The position numbers and the translations under genes are program-made. A stretch of DNA of 64,000 bases from Albugo candida. Lineage: Eukaryota. The notes beneath the pieces were generated by a model. It did not search any database, had not been told where the DNA came from, and saw only the letters and a program-made list of their open reading frames with translations. The stretch spans positions 62,001 to 126,000 of the forward strand of contig JBDOQK010000040.1 of assembly GCA_040437565.1 (NCBI GenBank), given 5' to 3'. This document shows positions 25,275 to 37,300 of this stretch, in pieces. The number at the start of each line of letters is the position of its first letter. Within the stretch, counting starts at the first letter, position 1.

Positions 25275-25723
25275 TCAATTAATTAATTAATTGAATGTTT
25301 CGNNNNNNNNNNNNNNNNNNNNNNNNNNNNNNNNNNNNNNNNNNNNNNNNNNNNNNNNNNNNNNNNNNNNNNNNNNNNNNNNNNNNNNNNNNNNNNNNNN
25401 NNATCTTATCGTTTGTGTTAAACCATAACAATGCTCACAGTCATGCCTCCCAATTCAACGAATTGACATATGCTACACCCAAAGACAGCGACTCCTCATC
25501 GCACGACACAATTCAATTATGATACAACCCAAATGCGATGAGTTGATACTCGCCACCCTCCTCATCATTACATACATGAATCATATCATCAGCCACCCAC
25601 ATCAATTCATTGAATTGTACTTTTTCTCCATATTCAACGAATTGTCACTCTCCCATCCTCTAGCACCTTATACCCCAAATCATATCAATTCTCTCAGTTT
25701 GTGTCCTTTCATTCACAAATTCC

Positions 25724-28136
25724 ATGAAATTCATTCCAGTTACCATTTCCATCTCATCTCTTTTTCTTCAAAAGTATGAATCCTCCATCTCTCATACACA
25801 TTCCATAGAATATTTAGACGCTATCCAAGACGCTCATCCAATCAATGTCTCTCACAGTTACCAATTGATCGCTCAGCTGCCACTTAAACAATTTGTATAT
25901 AAATACGATGCTGTACCTGGTCGTCGTCACATCGGCGTCGTCGGACCAGAAATCGTACATTTGATACCTGATGGTGTCCAAATCTTCCCGGAGCGTTCCA
26001 TTATAACCACAACGAAAGAAAAAATCTTCTTAAAGAATTTCCACGTTGTTGATAAAGAAAGTATTTTTATGCATAGCACCGCCGCGACGCAAGAGCTTAT
26101 ACAGCAAGTAGAGAAACTCGAGTCACTTTTGGATAAGTTGCAGCAAGAGCATGCTACCGATCAAATGCTTCGCTCAGCGATAACAGAGCATCTTGGCCGA
26201 GAAACCAGTGCGCAACTGGTCGAGAAGCGAAAGATTGCTGAAGCCAAAGTGATGCAACAGGAAATGAGTATACAAGCGATCAGCTTGCAATCTGAAAAAG
26301 AAAAAGAAGCAATTCACCTCAAGTTGAAGATGGATGAACGCTTAGAACAGGTCAAGTCGCAAGAAGCAAAGCAAAGACTACAGGATCAAAACATTTTTCA
26401 TAACAAACAAAATGAGCATTTAGTCGCATTACAGGAAGCATCTCATTCTCGTTTAGAAAGTAAACGAGAAGAAATCGAACGAAAATGGAGAAGAGAAGCA
26501 CACGACATTGAGCTTGAAAAAGCTCGAATGGAACGGAATACCTCACTGGAAAAAGCGAAAATCGATGTGGATGGACGAATTCGGCAACAGCGAGTTAATC
26601 AAGACATTGAAATGATGCAATTGCAACAACGACTCGAAGCAGATCGCATGAAAATGTTACAAGCGCTAGACGCGATTTTCGATCATTTTGGAAGAGGCGC
26701 TTCGGCACTTCTCACCGATGAGAGAAAATGGTCGCAATTAATCGGTGGATTCGTCGCAATTGCCGCGGGAATTTATTTGAGTCGCGAAGGCGTTCGTATC
26801 GCTGGCACGATTTTGGAGAAACGACTTGGAAAGCCTTCCCTTATTCGGGAAACGTCTCGATCAAGTGGCATTTGGGGACGTATGAGAACGATATTCCGCC
26901 GCAATGTCGACGACAATATGCAACTAACGGATGTGGTTCTCAACCCAAATTTAGAAACGCGCATTCTTGAAATCGCACGCTCCACCAAAAATGCCATCCG
27001 ACATCGCGCTCCCTACCGCCATCTCCTCCTGTATGGTCCTCCAGGAACCGGAAAGACAATGGTCGCAAAGCAACTTGCAAAGTGTTCTGGTTTGGAGTAC
27101 GCGATACTTAGTGGTGGCGATGTCGGTCCATTAGGTTCCGAAGGCGTGACCGAGCTACATGCGCTCTTCCGTTGGGCAAATGCATCTCCTCGAGGCGTTC
27201 TCATTTTCATTGACGAAGCAGAAGCCTTTTTAGGATGCAGAGCAACACGAAAGACACACATGAGCGAGGCGATGCGGAATGCGCTTAATGCCCTTTTATT
27301 CCACACGGGAACCCAATCACGACATTTTATGCTCGTGATTGCGACCAATCGGCCAGAGGATTTAGACTCTGCGGTGACCNNNNNNNNNNNNNNNNNNNNN
27401 NNNNNNNNNNNNNNNNNNNNNNNNNNNNNNNNNNNNNNNNNNNNNNNNNNNNNNNNNNNNNNNNNNNNNNNNNNNNNNNACCGGAAAGACAATGGTCGCA
27501 AAGCAACTTGCAAAGTGTTCTGGTTTGGAGTACGCGATACTTAGTGGTGGCGATGTCGGTCCATTAGGTTCCGAAGGCGTGACCGAGCTACATGCGCTCT
27601 TCCGTTGGGCAAATGCATCTCCTCGAGGCGTTCTCATTTTCATTGACGAAGCAGAAGCCTTTTTAGGATGCAGAGCAACACGAAAGACACACATGAGCGA
27701 GGCGATGCGGAATGCGCTTAATGCCCTTTTATTCCACACGGGAACCCAATCACGACATTTTATGCTCGTGATTGCGACCAATCGGCCAGAGGATTTAGAC
27801 TCTGCGGTGACCAATCGGATCGACGACACGCTTCACTTTGAGCTTCCCGAATTAAGTGAGCGTGTCCGGTTATTGGAAATGTATTACAAAGAGTACGTCG
27901 GTCATTTGTCTGACGCACATTTGTTACTTCCACAAGTAAAGCAATTTGGGAATTGTATTGACGGAATGAGTGGCCGCGAAATCGCGAAAATGATGTTATA
28001 CCTTCAAAGTGTTGTTTATGCGCAGGAAACCATACAAATGAATCGTGATCTTTTATCGCGAGTGATTGCGGAAAAACGCGATGAGCATGTGCGCAAATCA
28101 AATCTCTGCAATTATAATAAGAAAAAGAAGCGGTGA
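25724..28136 (+). CDS. ATAD3: ATAD3-like AAA+ ATPase with an N-terminal S74/ICA-like domain; split by an N gap with duplicated overlap (~659 aa once collapsed)
   Basis: Coiled coil, TM segment, RLGKPSLIRETSR (ATAD3 signature), Walker A GPPGTGKT, SGGDVGPLG, Walker B IFIDEAEAFL, ATNRPEDLD and GMSGREIAK. Confidence 0.9.
27047..27812. other. Assembly artefact: 333-bp exact duplication across an N gap
   Basis: 27047-27379 is identical to 27480-27812 on either side of 100 N. Confidence 0.9.
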
Positions 28137-28323
28137 GTTCCATACGGGGGTTTGTATTCATACTAATAGTGAGAATTGGATGAGTGTTGCGTCTATACGC
28201 TCTCGTTTTCTGATTTTTAAAAGATATTTATAGTGCCATTTGGGTTGTTGCTTTTTTGCAAGTTTCCTTTTCAGAGAAAGAAGGGTGTTACTATTTTGTT
28301 GTGTACGGTAGTTTGCTATTTCA

Positions 28324-29388
28324 ATGAGTGTGAAGGTGCGTTTTACCGTCGCGTGAAGAGGTTCATATGCCACTTTCTGTGTTTGGAACTGATGTGAATT
28401 GGTATTTCTGATATAGAATTTGTTGTTGCGTGGATTTGGGACACATGTGGATATTGATATTGCTCTAGAGTGTGAAGAAAGTGCGACGGAAGGAGCAAGT
28501 CCGCTGTACCGTTTGGATTCAACTAGAGAATTACCGGTAATATTGCAACGAATAAATGGAGTGGTACACTTAACAATACCGGAAGGAAAGAAATTGGAGC
28601 ATAATGGAATCAAAATATATCTGTTGGGGCATATCGAGACTCCTTCCGATCGGCAGAATTCTGTTATGGAGATATTGAACTTGGAACAAGAGCTTGAAGC
28701 GGCTTCGACGCTGACAGTAACAAATGGTACCGATACCCAGTACCGATTCTCGTTTCACCCAATCACAACAGAAGTATATGAAAGTTATTCCGGTAACCTC
28801 TTTCGAATTCGGTATTTTCTACGGGCGATGATAAATCGTACTTACGCGGCTAACATCAGTAAGGAACAAGATATAGCAGTACAGTTGATTGGAAAGCCTC
28901 CGGAAACCAATAACCTTATACAATTAGAAGTCGGCATTGAAAACTGCCTCCATCTCGAACTTCATTGTTCGAAATCAAAGTACGTCAACGATGAAACCTT
29001 TTTCACAACATTACCCTTGTAATTTGATGATTCTAGATATCATCTTCAAGATTGTGTCATCGGAACGGTCCATTTCCTTCTCGTACGAATCAAGTTCAAA
29101 CGGATGGAATTGGCTATTGTACGTAGGGAAACAATCGTTCATACTGGGGATAAACAGGTCGAAAGCCAGACGGTTGCAAACTTTGAGCTCATGGACGGAC
29201 CACCGATGAAAGGAGATCGTATACCTGTGAGACTCTATCTCCATCCCTGCAATCTGAGTCCAACGTACCAATCACTGCTCTCCAAATTCTCCGTTCAGTA
29301 TTTCCTTAATCTGATTCTGATCGATCAAGAAGGCCGAAAATACTTTAAACAACAGGAGATGTTTTTATGGAGGTCAAAATACGGGTAG
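28324..29388 (+). CDS. VPS26: Vacuolar protein sorting 26 (retromer subunit), two introns
   Basis: MSVK|gt..ag|NLLLRGFG. Motifs GKKLEHNGIKI, YESYSG, LEVGIENCLHLE, FELMDGPPMKGDRIPVRLYL and GRKYFKQQEM. Confidence 0.92.
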
Positions 29389-29443
29389 CACCGAGTACAC
29401 CTTCAAGCAACAGGCAATTCTAAGTACCTTACATAAAATATCA

Positions 29444-30361
29444 TTAGGAGACTGATCGTGATTTCGATCTCGATGGAGATACAGAACGCTTTCGATCGCG
29501 TGACCGAGAACGGGTTCTGGATAACGACCGATGTCGTCGACGACGACTTTGTCTTCTTATCTTGGAGCGTGATCGAGAGGCTGAGGGAGAATATCGTCTT
29601 CTCCGGCGGTCCCGACGATCAGATCGAGATGGTGAGCGAGACGTAGAGCGAGAGCGAGATCGAGAAGCTGATCTTGAACGAGATGTTGGTCGTTCACGCT
29701 CTTGACGGATTTTGATCCGCTCACCATTCAATTTTGCATCACGAAGTTTTCGTATCGCACGTTCCATTTCTTGCTGATTTGTGAATGACGCAACGCCATT
29801 ACCACGTCGATCCACGTCTGCATGCACAACCACTCCTCCAATACGGAGAAAATCCTTCAAATCCTGCCAGCTAACGGATCGGGGAATGTGAGAAAGCTCC
29901 ACTCGAAACTGAGTTCCATGATGTCTATAAAATCGCTATGAATAAAATATAATCTACAGCTTATAGCATACTATACCGTCCACCAAACTTTTCGTCGCGA
30001 CTTTCTTTAGGTCCGTTCCTCGATATTTCCACGCGTATCTGAGCGCCGTGTAGTTCCTTCCTTGATTGTAGAAGTGTATATCAGCGAGAGCGTGTCGTAT
30101 CATGCTTCGTACATACCCATGCATCTCTTGTACAGCATCTTCAGCATCGCGTAAATCTTCATATTCCTGCAAAATGTGTCATCGTAGCTCTAGCCAAGTG
30201 AAACAATTGAATTTGCTTTCACATACAATAAACGCAAATGGAGGCGGTCGACGCGGGAACTTTAATATGACATTAACGATTTTCCCAAACTCACCAAAGG
30301 TTTTCTCCAATTCCGGCTCAGAAATCGCTTCTGGTAGATTTCCAACAAATATCTTTGGCAT
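29444..30361 (-). CDS. SR splicing factor, SRSF1/ASF-SF2-like (two RRMs plus RS domain; multi-exon)
   Basis: KIFVGNLP (RNP2), PPPFAFI (RNP1), pseudo-RRM SWQDLKD and an RS-rich tail. Confidence 0.92.
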
Positions 30362-30475
30362 TGCGTTGGAATCGATCGAGTGGATGGACACGCGAGGATG
30401 CGAATACAAAGCGGTCTTCTATATCGATTGTGCTCCTGTTATTACTTATATCAAAGATTAGTTGGTGGAGGTTTA

Positions 30476-31044
30476 ATGGCTTTCCTCTTGTTTGCGTATA
30501 CCGCTTGGCTAGTGGTAATCCAGGCGACTTCAGAGCTCTATAAAGAGTGTTTGGAACAGGGATTTGATGCGGAAATTCTGCAATGTAAAACATGCACGGA
30601 ACTTGGTACATTTATGCGGAAAAAGTACGCACTAGAAAGGGTGGAAGAAGTGCAATCGCTACTCAACGGTTGTCAAGCGTGCTGTCACGAAACGTCGAGC
30701 CCGAAGGACAAGGAATCAGAGCAATACCCGTTGGCTGTGCTGGAGATACGCCGTCAAAGTCAGAAGCGATATCCCTCTATCGTCACATTTATCAAAAACC
30801 ATGCCGAGGATTTTCCCGGTTTGACCGTGAAATACACAAAGTTACGTCAACCGCCTCGTATTGTGTTTTACAATAAGGAAAATGTGCAACAAGAACTAAT
30901 TAGGTATGTCACATTATGTGAGGCTATTACCATTTACACTCTTCCAACAGCATTGCGCTCTGGAACGTTGAAGCCATTACAGCTTTTTTGAAGCGCAATC
31001 TGGTCACAAAACATGAATCGAATACCGTCCATAAAGAATTATGA
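30476..31044 (+). CDS. Sep15/SELENOF-like ER thioredoxin-fold protein lacking the redox motif (one intron)
   Basis: Signal peptide; Cys-rich CLEQGF...LQCKTC...CQACC; YPLAVLEI...RYPSIVTFI...FPGLTVKY. The spliced C-terminus ends HKEL*. Confidence 0.82.
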
Positions 31045-31908
31045 GCGCATTAGAGCTGATTCAACTCGACGTACGGCTGTGAGCATTGAAGAGCAAGGAA
31101 TAGCAGAGTGATGGTCCCTACATAAACGCAGACTACCTTTCATAAATGTAGTGATATTTTTTACGTGACTACAGTTCTATCTGATGGGTACGACTAACAA
31201 CGCTTGCAGGACACGATCTCTGATAATGACACATTAGAAACCTTTGATGGAAGAGTAAGCAACTGTAACAATGTGCAACAAGTGAAATTGCTTGCATTTG
31301 GATAAATGACGCTATTAGTGAGATGTTTTCCATCGCTTTCTCCTCCAGATAATCGAACGCGTGTGTCTCAACATTACGAGTCAAGTTTAAGAATGAACAT
31401 GCTGTATTTTCTACGCACAGGCGAATGTGTACTGGATGTATCCGCTGTGCTGCATGTTTTTGCGATGGAATGTTTGTACCGGTCGATAAAGTGGCACTAA
31501 CCTCCAGATGATTCATTGCTTACGTGGCCATGTCCTATCCATGTTGTCAAATCATCGTACCTTTGTCGTGCAAACGAAACCAAATACATAGCCCTACTCT
31601 ATTTAGCCTGTCATTTCCCGTCAAATGTTGTACGAAAAAGCCCGTAGGGGGCCGAAAGCTGCACTCCTCAGCTGCACGCTATCCGTTTATGTACTAATTG
31701 CCGTGTTGTCTTCCACAATTGTGCAATTGCACAAAGTTGCAAATATATTATTGGCTGAGGTGAAGGAATATTGCTATTTACCTTAATCGCGTGTGTGTTC
31801 GTGCCTAAAAACGAAAATCAAGTCGCGGATAGACGTTTTGTCTTCTTTTGTGCTCTGGAATATTATCATTTGTGGATTTTCTTCATTCCCCGCTCTGATC
31901 AAAACGAA

Positions 31909-32598
31909 ATGATTTGCTTGAGTAAACGCAAACTGATCTTCAGTGTAATCTCGCTAAGGCTTATCGCTATGGCTGGCAGTTGTCCTTTTTCTTTGATGTG
32001 AAAATGTGATAGTCAGCAGAAAAAATCATATCGGGTCTCACTGGATCAAGCTAAGAACACTACAAAGTTGATGTGTAACACGAAAGCCCGATTTGATCGT
32101 AATAAAGTGGTGGACCTATCTCCATCAGGTAGTGGAACACATTGTGAGACTTACGAGTATGGATTGCGTAGTAAGATGCCATGTATTTTTGTTACTGCAC
32201 TTTCCGTTTTACCTAATGGGCTCACGGTTCCACTAGTTGAAAACACGAAGGATTGGATAGTGGAATACATGGAGGCCAAAATCACGTCCTCCTTTAATGA
32301 GCTTCCAATATTCAGGGAAATTAAAAATCGCGGTAGCATTGAATTTGTCGTAACAATGACGGAGCTTTATCTACCTTCTTCACAACATGACACTCAGCTC
32401 GGCAAGTCTAAAACAAAGTTTTCTTTTAAATTTAAAAACGGGCATATCGAATTTGAAATAGCGAACGGATGGATCAAAGTCAACGATAAAAATGAATGGT
32501 TGTTTGGAACGCAAATAATGGAAATTCTTGATGTTCGCCTCCGGAAGGAAAAGAATTGTCATGTGGTTTTCAATAAGAAAGACTTTGCAGAAGACTGA
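31909..32598 (+). pseudogene. Subfamily C secreted protein with a single in-frame TGA
   Basis: MICLSKRKLIFSVISLRLIAMAGSCPFSLM*KCDS continues in the same frame into ORF 32068-32598. Paralog of 41415 and 44442 (VNDKNEWLFGTQIMEILDVRLRK). Confidence 0.8.
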
Positions 32599-34329
32599 CT
32601 CGCCGATGAAAGAGAAGTCACGCTCAGCTATCACGTATTGAGGATCACATATTACACCTTGAGAATAGTGGACATTCGCGAAAGCTTGCTACAAGTGACT
32701 GCTCAACAAAATAAGATCCCCTTTTGCTGCTCTCACTCACCAAGTCGAACAGACCAATCCTCCCACATTGTGCGAGTAATACGCAACAGCTAGACCACTA
32801 AATCACTTACGTACCCGTTCCATTCAAAACTCGAACGGAGCTCTGCCATCCTTCGCACATCTACCGTAAATCTCCTGAGTAAAGAGAGCTCAGTATCGGT
32901 CGAAAACCGTACAAGTACTAATTCTCAATAACGGGTCCGCATTAGTCTCAGCACATTTTACTACGTTGCGTTTAGTGTACGAATAAATTTGAATATTGAA
33001 GCAATAATAGGATGAAAGGATTGATAGTTGAACATCTTTATCGTATTTGGATGGTTTTGGGCTTGAAAATCTATCTGGTTCAGTGATGTTGCAATGGGTC
33101 TACTAAGAAATGACGAGGATTTTCACCGTGTTATGCCTTCATGCCGTTGTTGACGTGAAAGACTCATTGGGACCTGACACCAGGCGAAACTACCCGCTGA
33201 ATGTGTGAGCTGTTGTGCCACAGCTTCCAACCTCGATTGTCAATTCGAAGCTTTTATTCAATACGAGCAAGACCAAATCGCTTTTTCAGAATTCTAGGCT
33301 ATCAAAGTGATCATAATGGTTGGCGGCACGGAGTACGGAGGTCTTTCTGAAGCCAAAACAGCTGACTGGATCTCAATAATGCTTTCATCCTGTATACAGA
33401 CGGAAAAACAAGAGAGCTGATACAAATGTACTCCCACTTGATTGACTTCGATTTGGAGTGAGAACTTTGTTACACTTGCCGTTGCAGTACCCGCACACAT
33501 ATTAGAATTGTTACCCTCTGTATAGACTACTCCAAACCATTTTCTCAATACCAAGACCCTCTAATAAGAGATTCGGGAGACTGTACCATTTCATTAGGAA
33601 ACAAGAGGGGAAGTTGCTTACGTGAGCTTTGCAAGTTTGAAGAATTCGGGCTGCCCACATTTGTACTTTTCTTTCTAAAATGGAGGATGAATCCAGGAGG
33701 TATGGAAGACTTGTGCGACCAGTCCAGACTAGTTCTCTCCATGCTTGCTCAATTGCCTAGTAGCCTTCCAAAAGAGCCCAGTCGTCAATCAAAAACATCA
33801 AGGCGGCGAAGACTTGCCTAGATCCATTTCACGTTCGAAGTTAGGATCTATTCCTTAACCGATTAAATATCCTCATGTATCGCTGCGGAAGTAAGAAATT
33901 TAGATGATAATATTCCAAGTATGCTTGGAAACGACTGGTTATTCCATTTTGTTACGAGCCAATTTATAGCCGCTTGATGCTAATGAAGTACTTTTTATAG
34001 TCTAAAATGTCTACTAGCGGATGCTAAGATCTTCCAATGCAAACGTGCTTGGAGTTACGTACATTGAGCACAAACGGTGCGCGGATGAAAGGGTGAAAGA
34101 GGTACAACCGTTACTTAACGGTGCTCAGGCGTGCTGCCATGAAACGACTAACTCGGAGGACAAGGATGCAGAAGAATAACCAGTGGCCGTGTTGGCAATA
34201 CTTCGTCAAAGCCGAAATCGGTATCTCTGCTGAAATTAGTGAAAAATAAGTATTCAGATATGCGCTTGCTGCAATAGAGGTAAAAGTAAAGTAAAATACA
34301 TTCAGCATTGACCTTTTTTCTAACACTAT

Positions 34330-37300
34330 ACCATGCATGTGCAACGGCATTACAAATCTGACTAAGTCACCTTCTACATGACGTTCGTCTGGGCCCACGT
34401 GCTGCCGTCTCTCCTCGTCCCGTCTGTCACGTTGTATCAAAACCCCGTTCAGGTAAGGTCGGACTCTACCAGCAATGAGTCTTGTTGTTAAAATCAAGCC
34501 CTTGACGACCTGTCAGAAAACGATATCGTCTAACACTCCTCCTCGACCTCATCCTCGATGTCCTTTTTGCCAATACATTTCATGCAGGTCCAAGATCCTT
34601 GGCGCTGGTATTTTCTTCGTCAACAGATCCGCCATCATATCATCAGACGTGACAAAGCTTAGCTGCACGAGCTTAGCTTGAGCATGGTGACAGATAAAGT
34701 TTATATAAATGTCGAAATGTTTCGCGCTTGAGGTACTCTTCATGCTTTCCGTTGATCGCCGCTTTATTGTCCATCCGCATGAGCATCGTGTCAACACATG
34801 TCATGTCCAGTTCCTCAAAACATTCCCTCGTCCCTAAGAAGCTCAGAACCAGCATGCAACGCAGCGATGAACTCCTCTTCCATGGTGCTATGCGAGAACT
34901 CAGTCTGCTTCTTTTTCATGTCCACGATACCACTACATTGTCCAACATCATCACGCATCCTGATACTGAATTCATATCCGACATGCCCGCGGCAAAGTCC
35001 ACGTCGCTTCGGCTTTCGATCTTTATGGGGTCCCATGGTTGGCTTGCACTGTGGACGCACAACTTCAGCGCCTTCGTCTACTTTAGATTCGCGCAATTTG
35101 CTTGACCGTTTTCCATTCCGTCGTCGTCAGTTTCTGATTCTTCCCGATTGCGTGGCGCACTGCAAAACCGATATCAGAGGGAGTGTATTGTGCAATCCAT
35201 AGTAGATTCAAACGAAGAAGTGAAAGACCTTGATGCTTGCTACTCCTCCTTCGAATGACGCAACCAAAAATTATGAACCTCGCGTTTTTTCTTCGTTGCA
35301 TTCTTCGCGAATTGGGGTCCGAACCCCATTCTCCGAATCCAACACATGGTCCTATAACAGCAAGTCGATTGTCACATTTTGATCAAGCACATAAACCGCC
35401 TCAGAGTCCAATATTATACATCAACCCAAAAACTTGTTCCCATTCTGGTGCTTGGTGTTTTCGATATGCGACGTTACATGGTGTATTTGTTGTCAATTTC
35501 CAGTCCGGGCAGTACACCTGATTGCAGCTATGAGATGTTTGAGCACAAACTGATTCGATGGGACTTGTGTACGTTATATCAAGTGCATTTTGTATCGCCG
35601 AGGTAGTTTTCCAAGCACTGTCTATCCAAGCACATCCAAATCTTCTATTTCGAGTGACACCATGCTGTCAAAAATTGTCCAACGAGATTGGTTATAGTCC
35701 TTGCAAATCGAATGGCGCTGAAGTTTGTGCATGAGGAATCTGGAGGACATTTGCTTGATTAGTTTGATGCGTGCCGTGTTTCTACCTATCGAGGAGCGTA
35801 ATGATGCAACCACTTAGGTTTAGAACGATTGGCGTAACACATTAATTTTCTCCAATATACTCCTATTTTTATCTATCAAAGCTACCGGCGGTCCGAGGGC
35901 CGTCTCTGCGTCGAGCTTGTCTGTTCAACCGAAGTACCGAAGTCTCGGTGGCCAATAAGTCGTCGACATACAGACCAACAATCGTATCTTTTCCATCGGT
36001 TCTTTTACCCTACAGGCACATGTCTATTGTACACTGCTTGAGACCCAGATCGACCACTTTGGATGCAGTAGCTTGCTCCATAGCCTTCCGGTCTGCCTCA
36101 GGCTATATAGCTACTTCATTAACAACAATATGCTTGATTCTATGTTGATTCAAGATATCTTGACCGACTTGCATCTCAACGTAGACTGTACTGAACCCGC
36201 CTCTTTTGTAAGGTAAGGACTGACGAAACCAGTGTTCATTAGAGGATCCGACCCAACGCTTTATACAAAAAAAAGAAAGTAGATAGTGTGCTGTAACACC
36301 AATGAAAGAAGCGTTTCTGGGTTAGGGCGATAGACTTCGGTGATTCATCTTAAAAGTATCGTTCTTCAGTCCAAACGTCCTATTTGAAACGATCAGAAAA
36401 TCTTCCGGGTTTCTCCTGAAGATTTGAATTGGACGTACATATTTCGCATTGTGTCTGATCTCATTATCATGGACTCATCGTGGAGTGCATCCATAAGCGA
36501 GTAAGTAGCGTGAACGGTAGATAAGGAATTACAATACATGTTTCTAGACCGGTGTTCCTGGTCTCTATTACATTGGTATTAGATAGTATATATCGCCATT
36601 TCGCTCATGATGAGTATCTCCTATGCTTTATTATAACCATTAGGATCATCGGAAGTCAACGTGGTACAGAGTCAATTTATCATTTCGGAACCGAAAGTCA
36701 TGTGTCGTGCTCGTTCTTTACCCAAGATTTGAAAACGCTGCTGACGGCATTAATTTGAGTGAAGTAGAGATGATTCGATTCAACAAACGCTAAGACAATT
36801 TGCTAAAGTTGAGCTTCGCACCAGATCCATCCCAATTAAACGTTTCGAGCGTTCAAGAGTATTAAAACAAAAGTAGACCAAGAGTTACATTTATGAAGCT
36901 GCAACTAGGAACTGGAGTATGCAAAGCGTTTGCTACAATTCGCTTGGCACTCTCATGTATACCAGACATATGCAAGTACCAATATCATCTTTACGTTCAC
37001 AAGTTCCATTACCGCAGCGAAAGTCAAAGTGTAATCGAATTTAATTAGTTTTTCATTGCCACTGTTGCCTTTATTTCAAAAATAATAAACACTAATTTTT
37101 TAAGCTTGTTCATAAATAATTCCACACAATTTATCTCCCTACATTTTCATTAGCCTCTATCCTCGTCTTGAAACCCCGCTTATTGTGGAGAACGGGTGAG
37201 TCTTTGTGCGGAACTATCACTTCCCACGCCATTTTCATCCAAAGCGTTCGGCTTTCCATTCATCGCCACAAAAACATATATTTGCTATTTTTCTTTATAG

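Noticed and set aside
27492-28136. Separate second AAA ATPase or tandem AAA domains
   Set aside because: Product of the 333-bp overlap duplication across the gap; it collapses into one ATAD3 gene.
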